Assembly: GCA_964016885.1 (NCBI GenBank)
Contig: OZ024742.1
Location: 49,476,001-49,540,000, forward strand
From: Eledone cirrhosa
Taxonomy: Eukaryota
Reading direction: 5' to 3'
DNA: 64,000 bases
A program made the translations under genes and the position numbers. The notes under the pieces were generated by a model. It made no database searches. It worked only from the letters and a program-made list of their open reading frames with translations, and had not been told where the DNA came from. Of this stretch, positions 53,048-64,000 are shown one piece after another; positions within the stretch are counted from its first letter, which is position 1; the number at the start of each line of letters is the position of its first letter.

Positions 53048-53227
53048 AATTGTTTCTATTTTAGGCACAAGGCCAGCAATTACCCAGTACATTACTTTAT
53101 TTTATCGACCCCGTAAGGATGAAAGGCAAAGTTAACCTTGGCGGGATTAGAACTCAGATCACAAAGGGACATAACTCTATGCTTCAAAGCATGGTGTCCG
53201 ACTCTCTACCGATACTGCCAATCCACA
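53048..53227 (-). mobile_element. SINE, family B (short variant)
   Basis: Close match to 44443-44627. Confidence 0.9.
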
Positions 53228-55255
53228 ATGTTTCCAATATCTTAGTGGGAGAAGTATTTCTGTCAGAGAAGCAAGAATGGTGTCAGACATATACTTTGTT
53301 TATCAGCTCTCATCTTAATAATAAACAGCTAGTGCTTTATTTAAGTATAATTAATTTTATTTATGCGATTTTTTTACTTGTTTGTCTCTGATTATTTCCA
53401 CTTCTTTTCTCTCTGGTCTGTCTGCTTTTATATTTAAATATAATTAACTAAACTGATTAAAAACAATGAAAAATAAGTGATCTTCTGCCATTTATAGAAT
53501 TTCCATATGTTGCACATTTCATTCAAAATCAGTTTGGCAAGTGATAATTGTTTCCATAAGAACCAAATATCTGCTTTATCTATTTAGAACATGAGTATCT
53601 TCTTCATCAGACTACAATATTAATCTCATCTGACTATTTGCAACAAACAATGAAGTGTAGAATTTTTTCAATTGGTAATATATTACAAATATTGGAATTA
53701 TAATACAAATTCTATTACATTTCTCACATGCTCTGTTATAAATGCCTGCTCAACAATATCCCTCAAATTACACATGGTTGTCTTTAAAAAGAAGTAGTGA
53801 CAGTTTTTATAATATTGTTCAACATACACTAATTTATAGGCTGGTAATATTTGGGATTTCCTTGATACTAGATTCACTCAGTCAAAGTTGGTCAAGGGCC
53901 GAATAACAAAACAAATAAAAGTCATAATTGAGTTTCTACATGAATAATTGTAATCTCAAAATATTTCTGGTCAAGGACGTTCAGTACTTTAAACTTTCTG
54001 TGCCCTTATTTCTGAGACACTACTAATTGTTTTCAAATAATTCTGAAAATAACCAAGAATTTGGAGGGATTTTGTAATATTAATTTCTCCTTATTTGGCT
54101 GGTACTGGGAACATAACTTAACGAAGGGCCTTTCATAAAATTATGATGGAATGTGGTTGGATAGATATAAAGACTTTCAAGTATACAGCTTTGTTTTATA
54201 GAGGTAGGAGTGGTTTGATATAAAAAATAAAAAAATAGCTAGTGTTTGCAACCTAGCCTACAACGGTTCTTACATGAAATTATGATGGAAGGTTTTAAGA
54301 TAATTATAAATATCTTAAAATATATGATATATATATATCATGAAAGGAAAGGGATTTTCAGGTGGTTTGATATCAAAAATATTAAGGGAGATCTGTGTCA
54401 TAAATCATAGATTTTAGGACATCATAGACTGTAAAGACTAGTTGGTTGTTCAAACTTCCATGATGCTCATAACAAGCTAAGACGTTCTGGATATCCGGTT
54501 GCAGGTATGTGTGCATTTTTGTTAGTGTTTTAAACAGTGATATGAATTAATCTTATAAGCTTACCCAGAGATGAACAAGGCAATTTAACAACAACATTTT
54601 CAATAAGGGGCAGCAAAACTTGGTGTGTGTGTACATGTGCATTAACCTGAGCTACATGATTAGAGGTTTTATTTCAAAGACAACTGTACCTAATCAAATA
54701 GATAAAACAACAGCCCTGTAATTACCATTGATATTAAATAGTAACCCGATAACATTTTAAAGAATGCTAAAAGCTTTTGATGAGAAGCAGCACAAATCTA
54801 ATTCCTTCTAACAAGTCAGTAAGTTACGGAATAGAGCATCACAGCTATTGGCAAAAATATAGTCAACAAATCAAGAGGAAAAAAAGCCTTGCAGCTCTTA
54901 GCCAATTTCTACTACAAAGTAGATTTCTAATGAAATGAAGCGTTCTATTGATTATAGAATCTTTGTTTACATTCTTTGTGTTGTTTCAATTGGAACTTCT
55001 CCTAACTAGCTAAAAAAAAAGACAAAAGTATAAAGTATAAACAATTACTGAAGAAATGTCAAAAAAAAAAAATCAGAAGAAACAAGCAACATAAGTAAAT
55101 ATTATCATTGGTGCAACTTGAAATCAGCTGCTTCACTAAGAAGACTATTAGAGAGTAACTGGCTTAATTTACATATACATAAGCACACACATATATGTAC
55201 ATGTACAACACATAGATACATGAAATTTAGTCTATATGGAGGCAACTTTTTTTCA

Positions 55256-55364
55256 GTATATATATATATATGTGTATATATATATATATGTGTATATATA
55301 TATATATGTGTATATATATGTGTATATATATATATGTGTATATATATATATATATGTGTATATA

Positions 55365-55396
<32 letters not shown>
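55256..55396. repeat. (TA)n tract with periodic GTG interruptions
   Basis: Directly visible. Confidence 0.95.
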
Positions 55397-56638
55397 CAAC
55401 ATACATGGATGAATATATATACACAAGCACACATAAATATATATTGTAGATTTTTTATGTAATGCTCTCAGGTTGGCTAACTATGTTAAATCTAAGATCA
55501 GTGAAATTTAGATCAATACCAAATTGTAACCAAGTTTCTGTTGTGATGTGTAGTTTTTCACCTGATTCAGGTCAGTTACTAAATAGAATCAAGATGCTAT
55601 ATAAATAATCAGATTTCCAATATGTTTTATTGCTATCATTATAGAAGTATGTTTGGTATTTAGTATTTTGTAATTGTAGTTAGTAAATGTTTTCCACAAA
55701 TGCCAAATTTTCGACCAAAAATATTTAAGTGATTTGTGTCATCTGGCAAAGTTCACATGTAACACTGTGTTTGTGTTTACAAGCCTGTCACCACCACAAG
55801 TCAAATCAATCAATATGGATTAAGCCACAGTTCATTTTCCAGCTCCACATCACATAACGTCATGGTACATTTCCTACCATCCACACATATGCACTACATG
55901 TGCACACACTCTTAGATGCATCTTGTCACTACAATTTTTGTTAACTTATCTCCCCTTACAGTAGCTCTCTTTTCTCAAAGTCATGTATAAGCAATGAAAG
56001 CTAAGCAACCATATTTGCAGTTAATTTTTATAGCAGTTCATTCTTGGTTACTTATTGATGAACAAGAGGGATTGACATCATTCCCTTCGTTTGTGTTCCT
56101 TTCCATGCTGTAGTCTAATATGGATATATGTATATCCTCTCCATGTAGATCTCTCAGACATTTTGACAATATATTAGAGTTGAGGGGCCTTGAACATCAG
56201 GCTATTGCAGTATCTTATCCTTACATTAGGCATTGAGGGTGGGACATTTGGCACTACATAGTGACATACAGTTTAGCAGTTGGTAAGCTCTCTATGTGAA
56301 TTACATACACATCTTGAATGTTGTTTTTATATGGAGTAAAGACTATGTTGCAATGATCAGTATTAGTTGTCTTTGTATTTCATCTTTCACACATTCAACT
56401 TACACGAAATAGCAATCAAATCACCTTCAAATTAAACCCTACAGTCTTCGAAGAGGAAAGTCACTTTCAGTAATGGTCCTATATAAAGTTTTCCATAATA
56501 AAAGTTAATGGTCATGGTTAGAAAGGCTTTGATCAACGCCTTTGTTGAATGAAATGCTGACTGACCTGGGGAAAAACCACCACCTCAACAACAACAATCC
56601 AGTTAGATTTTTTCTAGCTAATGAAATGATCATCAGTC

Positions 56639-56879
56639 TTAACCCTTTCACTACGAAACTGACTGAAAAAAAACCTGGTTCTGTGATACAAAACAGTCTA
56701 TTTTAATGTGTTTATATTCTTTTAAAATTCTCTATCATAATTTTATGTAAGTACTTTTTTTCTGTTCACAAACATAATAATGAGAAAGTTGATTATATTA
56801 TAAAATCCCTCAAAATTAGTGATTATGTTCAAAATATAGGCAGTACCTTTTACTAGAAATATGGTAATGGAAGGGTTGA
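56639..56879. mobile_element. Degraded piggyBac-like MITE
   Basis: ttaaccctttcactac left end and gtaatggaagggttga right end. Confidence 0.5.
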
Positions 56880-57726
56880 TCAAATTAGCCTTTCTGCTTG
56901 TTTATGTATTGTGCATAAGGTGAAATATGTTGTTTGGTTAACAAGCTTATAGTAATAGTCTGTATTAGAATTCTTCTTCCATACATCTTAAATACTTTAA
57001 CTACACTTTATTTCTAAGATTATTACAATAAAGCTGCCTGATTTACTGCTTCCAGAGACTCATATGTATGAAATCTTATATAATGCAGACTCTCTGATAC
57101 ATCTCAGATTTAATCTCTTGCGTGTACATACATGAAAAGCTAGCTAAGCCAAGTCCAATTAGTTGAAAATAAACATTACAGTAAGATTGCTTTGTGATCT
57201 GGTAACTGCCACACCAATATAATGTGTGCAAACCTTGTTAACACAATTATGAATATACACACACATGTATTACATCTGCATGTTTGTATACAATACTCAT
57301 AGTTATATATTCTAATCTTACAACACAACATTCATAATGATGTAAACGTGTTTTGGATTCATACTTCATTTAACATTTCTCTTTCAAATTTAGGAGGAAG
57401 ATATATATATATATATATGTAAATTTATATGTGTGTGTGTATATATATCAATATATATATTGATATATATTCTCCAGTGTTTTATAAATAGACAATATGA
57501 ATATTCATATGCAGCCATATATAAATCTCAAAGAATGAATGATTATTTATGGCAGCTTTGTTACAGCTTTACAAAAAAACAATCATTTGATTCTTTCTCG
57601 CTGCCGAACTTATTTTATATGCATCCCTTCTTTCCTTTCTGCACACTCTTTCTTACACACACTGAAACAACCACACACATATGTATTTATCCACCGAACT
57701 GTATATTATGACATTTTTTCATTTTT

Positions 57727-58101
57727 TCATTTTACATCTGCTTTTCCCTGCTTGCAAATGTGGGATGGGAACTGATACTGGCTTGATTTCTACAGCTGAA
57801 TGCCCTTCCTAACACCAACCTCATTTACAGTGAGTGGTGGGTGCTTTTTTTCCGTGGCGCCTACATGTCCACTTTACAGTGTGGGCCGGGTGCTTTTTTG
57901 CCGTGGCAAATCCACGACCACTTTGCAGTGGAATTATAGGGACCTCAGTCCTTATCATCTCATTTCTACAGCTGAGTAAACTGGAGCAATGTGAAATAAA
58001 GTGTCTTGCTCAAGGAAACAACACATCACCCGGTCTGAGAATTGAACTCACAACCTTTTGATTGCAAGGCCAATGCTCTAACCACTAAGCCATATGCCTC
58101 C
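57727..58101 (-). mobile_element. Full-length SINE, family A
   Basis: Matches 34885-35279. Confidence 0.9.
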
Positions 58102-58131
58102 ATATTCAAATCTGTATATATATATATATAC

Positions 58132-58357
58132 AGCCCACACTGTAAAGTGGTAATATAGAAATCATGACAAAAAGCACAAAGCAAACACTGTAAATGCTGT
58201 TGGCATTAGGAAGGGCATCCAGCCATAGAAACCTAGCCAGAAACAGTGCTGTATGAGTAAGACATGCTCACCTGACTCAAATGGCCTCAATTGGGACAAC
58301 ACATGTAACCCATGCTAGTGTGAGAAATGGATGTGGAACAATGATGATGATGATGAT
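58132..58357 (+). mobile_element. RTE subfamily B 3' UTR / tail fragment
   Basis: ggcattaggaagggcatccagccatagaaacc...aacccatgctag...gatgatgatg, homologous to 9455-9620. Confidence 0.75.
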
Positions 58358-58668
58358 GGTGTCTGTGTCCATGTATATCATTTTCAAGTTGTATTATGTA
58401 GTTCTCAATTTCTGTATTGTTTGGTAGATGTGCACACACAAAGAAAAAGGCAACTTACCAGATGGTTTGTGCTCGATGTAGTAGATGGTATAGTTTGTCA
58501 CAATTATCTGGTTGATTTCCTGGTGTATCACTAAGTATAACAAATTAATCCATTATAAGTAATCCACAGAGTTACAAATAGACCAATTAATAGAAAAAAA
58601 CATTAAGACATATTTGTTGATGTTCAATAATTCAATATTTAATAAATCAATTAATGAACATCAGCCAA

Positions 58669-58716
58669 TGTGTAAGTGTCTCTGTGTGCGTAGACGCACA
58701 CAGAGACACTTACACA
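58669..58716. repeat. Hairpin with 23-bp perfect arms and a 2-nt centre
   Basis: tgtgtaagtgtctctgtgtgcgt-ag-acgcacacagagacacttacaca. Confidence 0.9.
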
Positions 58717-58809
58717 CACACATACTTAATGTTTTCTTGTTTGTATAGGCTTGTGAATGTATGTATATAAACATGAATATAAATATATAATATATAATAT
58801 ATATATATA

Positions 58810-59289
58810 AAGAAATTAGGCATAAGAGGGATCAGACGCAGTGTGCAAAAGAGGAGATGCATCGGCATAGTCATGTGATATGTATGAAGGATGACAGATA
58901 TATAATAAGATGCACAGCAGTCAAAGTTGATGAAAGCTATGGAGTGGACAGGCCTAGGAAGATCTGGGATGAGGGGATAAAAGCTGACCTTGCACAATTG
59001 TACCTCTCAAAGTCAATGACACAGGACCATAATCATTGTAATACAGATGACCAGTCTACACTGTAAAGCGGTCATGTAGGAAGCACGACAAAAAGCATCC
59101 AGTACACACTGTAAGTGTGGTTGGCATTAGGAAGGGCCTCGCACCATAGAAACAAAACTGAAATCCATTTTGTCAAGCACAACACGGTCCTCCAACCTGG
59201 CTGTCTCATAACGGGACAGCACATCTAACCCATATTATCATGGAAAATGGAAATTAAACGATGGTTATGATGATGATGATGATGATGAT
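58810..59289 (+). mobile_element. RTE subfamily B 3' end
   Basis: LGIRGIRRSVQKRR...RPRKIWDEGIKADLAQLYLSKSMTQD, then the SINE-like 3' UTR and (TGA)n; starts at a (TA)n tract. Confidence 0.85.
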
Positions 59290-59783
59290 CAAGGTATAAT
59301 ATAGATATACACAAGTATGATTGTCAATTGCTGCCTTACCTTCAATATAAACAACTGTACATCAATCTAAAGCTGTACAGTAATTCAAGTAAAGACAATC
59401 CTTAAATCTAAATTAAACGCCACACCACACAAAAAAAATCAAACACCTTTTTCCAATATATATGGTTGTCCAATTGTTTGTGTGTAAAACTATCAGTAAC
59501 TATTATAATAAATGTGGTTTGTTTGAAAGTTATTCTTTAAACCAATTAGGCTCTTACATGTATTTTAGCAAACTTTAGAAACAAAGCAGTGTATGTACTT
59601 ATTAGTATGTAGAAATATATGGCATTGTATAGAACTGTACCTTTTTAATTCCTTAATATAAAATGATGATATATATATATATATGCCAATTTTCAATAGT
59701 GTTGATCGGAATATATCTACACGTACACACACATGTTTATATATATATACACATACACACACAAATATACATATATATATATA

Positions 59784-60178
<395 letters not shown>

Positions 60179-60227
60179 TGTATGTATGTATGTATGTATG
60201 TATGTATGTATGTATGTATGTATGTAT

Positions 60228-60310
60228 GGCTTAGTGGTTAGAGCATTGGACTTGCAAACGAAAGGATGTGAGTTCAATTCTCAGACCGGGTGGTGTGTTG
60301 TTTCCTTGAG

Positions 60311-60313
<3 letters not shown>
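60228..60313 (+). mobile_element. Inverted duplicate of the adjacent SINE head (86 bp)
   Basis: Reverse complement of 59986-60071 with two mismatches. Confidence 0.92.
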
Positions 60314-60378
<65 letters not shown>

Positions 60379-60381
<3 letters not shown>

Positions 60382-61371
60382 AGGAAGCTTAATTAAGAAT
60401 GTAGGCTTCACATGTAGCAGCTGTGCTGGGACAGCAAGCAGCAAACAACCACAGGAAACAAGTACCACCAATCTCTGGGAGGGCTCTGTAGAAACAGTAG
60501 ACAACTTCTGCTACCTAGGTGACCGAATTAGCAGCGGAGGTGGGTGTTCAGAAAGTACAATAGCTAGGGTAAGAACGGGATGGAAGATGTTAAGGGAGAT
60601 ACTGCCACTGCTAGCTGCAAAAGGCTTCTCCCTCAAAATGAAAGGCAGACTGTATGATGCGTGTATACGAACAGCAATGTTACATGGTAGTGAGACCTGG
60701 GCGCTGAAGGTGGAAGACTTACGTAGATTAGAAAGAAACGAAGCCTGCATGTAATAGTAATATATGCGAACGGCTAAGCATAAATGAATTGAGAGAGAGA
60801 CTGGGCATAAGAGGAATCAAATGCTGTGTGCAGGAGAGGCGGTTGCGTTGGTATGGACATGTGATGCGTATGAAGGAAGACAGCTGCATAAAAAGGTGCA
60901 GAGCACTAGAAGTCAATGGAAACCACGGAGTGGGGAGACCCAAGAAGACCTGGGATGAGGTGATAAAAGCCGACCTTACCCAATTACACCTCTCAAAGGC
61001 GATGACACACGACCGTGACCACTGGCATTACGCAGTAATACAGAGTACCCGACCTCCCATGGGTACAATCTGAGCCATATAGACAATATGCCCCACACTC
61101 TCCCATTGCAAAGTGGTCGTGGAGGTGCTACAGCAAAAAAAGCACCCAGCCCACACTGTAAAGTGGACGTGTAGGCGCCTCGGAAAAAAAGCACCCAGCA
61201 CTCACTGTAAATGAGGTTGGTGTTAGGAAGGGCATCCAGCTGTAGAAATCAAGCCAAAATCAGTTCCTGTATGAGCAAGGCATGGTCACCCGACCAGACA
61301 CTGCCCACAACAGGACAACCTGTCTAACCCATGCTAGCATGGAAAAACGGACGTAAAATGGTGATGATGAT
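60379..61371 (+). mobile_element. 5'-truncated RTE LINE, subfamily B (end of PHD finger, RT end, C-terminus, long 3' UTR)
   Basis: FTCSSC...ETVDNFCYLGDRISSGGGCSES...MLHGSETWA...ERRLRWYGHVMR...GRPKKTWDEVIKADL; the 3' UTR from 61107 matches the family A SINE body; (TGA)n tail. Confidence 0.93.
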
Positions 61372-62265
61372 GTATATATGTATGTGTGTGTGTGTCTGTG
61401 TGTGTGTCTAGATATATTCCAATCAACACTGTTGAAAAATGGCATATAGTGTATACATATTATCATTTTACATTAGTTTTTCCACAATGGCCACACTTAT
61501 AATCATGAATATATACAAATATCTACACACACACATATACGTATATATCAAATATATTCCTACATGTACCATATATATATATAAATAACTATATACCAAT
61601 GAAAGTCTCATAAATATACATGCAGACATATATTCTCTCTCTCTTTTTCTTCATATTTTATCTGTATTTCTCTATTACACTCTCTCCCTCACATATACAA
61701 TTTTAAAGTATGTAATTTTTGTTCTGACTGGGGAAAAAAATCAGTCTCTAAAAGCAAAGAATTAATCAATGAAAAAATCTAAATCTGACTTAATAGGAAC
61801 ATTTCTCTTCCATGGTCCCTCCCTCCATTAGAAAATGGTATTGTTTATATTTGTGTGTGTGCCTGTATGTGCGTATTAAAGCCCCTCCCACCTCTGATAA
61901 AAAAGAAAGAAATAGAACAGTAGCAGCATCAATAATATTGATCTGGGGTTTGTAAACATAGATCAATAGAGGATGGAAAATTATTTGATTTTAATACAAA
62001 CTAAAATGAATTTTTATGCTTAGTTTGATGCAAACACAGGAAGGAGAAATAGATTGCATCAAAGCATTTAGGATTTTCGAAAGAGATAAGGGTAAAAAAA
62101 GAGGATACAAATTTTATTTTTTTAAATATGATGAAGCCAGTTTCAGATTTTGGCAAGAATTCTAAATAATAGTAGACATTATATATATATATATATGAGC
62201 ATATATATGTATGCACACACATAAGCACACACACATGTATTTATATCTACACACACACACACACC

Positions 62266-62313
<48 letters not shown>

Positions 62314-62872
62314 TATATATACTCATAACTCCTTTACATTTGTTCTTTACCTCTTCATATCTCTACCGATCTATGCAAGATTCTAGTAACAGTTTATGGT
62401 GTGTATGTTGTGAAGAAATTGCCATATTTTTCTTCAGAATTCAATAACATAAGTTGTAGTTATTTTCGTTTTTTATTGGTATATATTTGAAATCGTATTT
62501 CTTTGAACAGATATTTGTTTGGCTCAGTTAAATCTCGTCAGGGATTAGTCATGCCTCTTGTTTTCGATTGGTAGATATAACATTAACCTAGCTTTGCAGC
62601 CTACCTCCTCATCACTGGGTATGTAAAGATCTTCACTCTACTGCAAATATTCAGACCATATCTATAGTATCTACCCTATGAAGAAATTAACTTGCAGATG
62701 TTCAGCTTGTGCATTGGCTGTGCTGTTCTTACTAATTTCAAACTTTGGGTTGTAGAATAATTACTTTCTCAGTAAACTGAGAACTCATCCTCAGGTGACT
62801 TTACTCTTCTACTTTGTTGCAGGCATTTTAACCAGTTTAATTCGAAAGTTAAAGTGTTTCTAGTGCCTAGAA

Positions 62873-62942
62873 ACTAATCAGGCTGGGGCTTATTCTAACT
62901 CCATGAGACTAATCAGGCTGGGGCTTATTCTAACTCCATGAG
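62873..62942. repeat. Perfect 35-bp tandem duplication
   Basis: actaatcaggctggggcttattctaactccatgag twice. Confidence 0.95.
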
Positions 62943-62944
62943 AA

Positions 62945-63150
62945 GCGTTAAATGACTGAGAGTACAAAAGAAGATAGCCTGTTAATCCTCACCCCACCAG
63001 CTGCTGCTGCAGCTCCTTTTCATTTTAATGGATGGGAGCAGCATGAAATGAAGTGCTTTGTTCAAGGATACAATGCACTACCTGATCTGAGGATCAAAAC
63101 CTCAATCTCACAATCTTGAGATGAACACTTCAACCATAAGGCTATGCACA
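62945..63150 (-). mobile_element. Old degraded tRNA-derived SINE (family C-like)
   Basis: actgagagtacaa...tgaaatgaagtgctttgttcaaggatacaatgc...aaccataaggctatgc, similar to 17355-17612. Confidence 0.55.
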
Positions 63151-64000
63151 TACATTTTTAAAGGAGATTTTAATAAAAGGAAACACTGATATTCAACTAC
63201 TTTCAATACAAACCTATGCAAAACTAGCTATGGTTCTATGAAACACAACCATCCATTTGAAGGAGTTTCTATTTAGTTTGAAATTTTACATATGTTAAGT
63301 TACAATCTTATTAATTATATAATACATAATTTTAATAAATATCTCAAACTTTTATTTTAATTAATTGAAATACACAGTAATTCATTAGAAATATGGTCAT
63401 GAAAGAGGTAAAATAAAAACATCAATAATGTGTTTATCTAGTTTAGCTATAAATTAATATAATTCTGTAATTTGAATCACAACTGACTAATGGCAGAATA
63501 AGGCTTAAATTGATAATATATTTTTATAGATAAATATAGTTTGTTTAGTTTTAACATATGATTATAAATATATAAAAAATATTTTAACATTAATGTGCTT
63601 CCATATATGCTTGTTTTATTCAGAACTAACAATTTTGCCAGTTTCATAATTTCCTAGTAAATAGCAGTACATCTGAATGTTATACTTACTTATTCTCTAT
63701 TGCAGTCACAACTATGTAGGTTAATCTAAAGGTCTTTTTTTAATAGGACGAAACAGAAATAATCAGCCCATCTGTTCCAGCTAGTATGATTATTTAAACA
63801 ACATATTTTACCCGCTTTCTCTTTCTCTGAGTTTGTTTGCACGTGTGTATATGTGTGTGTGTACATACATACACATATAACATCATCATCATCCTCTTAC
63901 ACCCATTCTGTCATGGCTTATGCAGACACACATATATATATACACACACATACACATTTACCTTCCTAGTAGACAAAATGGATATTAAATGATTATGATA

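Noticed and set aside
54418-54504. 87-nt AG...CAG|GTATGT exon candidate
   Set aside because: Stops in all three frames; a non-coding exon cannot be supported without transcripts.

Overview
AT-rich, microsatellite-dense animal genomic DNA, probably intergenic or inside a large intron. The SINE and RTE content resembles cephalopod (probably octopus) repeats; this is an inference, not a database result. No host protein-coding exon, true tRNA, rRNA or CRISPR array can be supported, and most ORF-track entries are translated (TA)n/(CA)n tracts. The window is mostly retroelement remains: about nine RTE-clade LINE fragments, whose best copies carry a C4HC3 PHD finger inside the reverse transcriptase; two Penelope-like GIY-YIG remnants; one Tx1/L1-type 3' end; two other LINE fragments; three tRNA-derived SINE families; and piggyBac-like MITEs. 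Four observations stand out. (1) Five hammerhead-ribozyme-like motifs lie between 24.5 and 38.1 kb, one of them in a small ORF-less element with two adjacent hairpins. (2) An unidentified GC-rich element carries a 63-codon tandem repeat with a synonymous-substitution signature. (3) Fold-back inverted duplications occur at the 5' ends of three different retroelement classes, two of them across (TA)n-rich tracts. (4) One SINE family is a chimera of the 3' ends of two RTE subfamilies.
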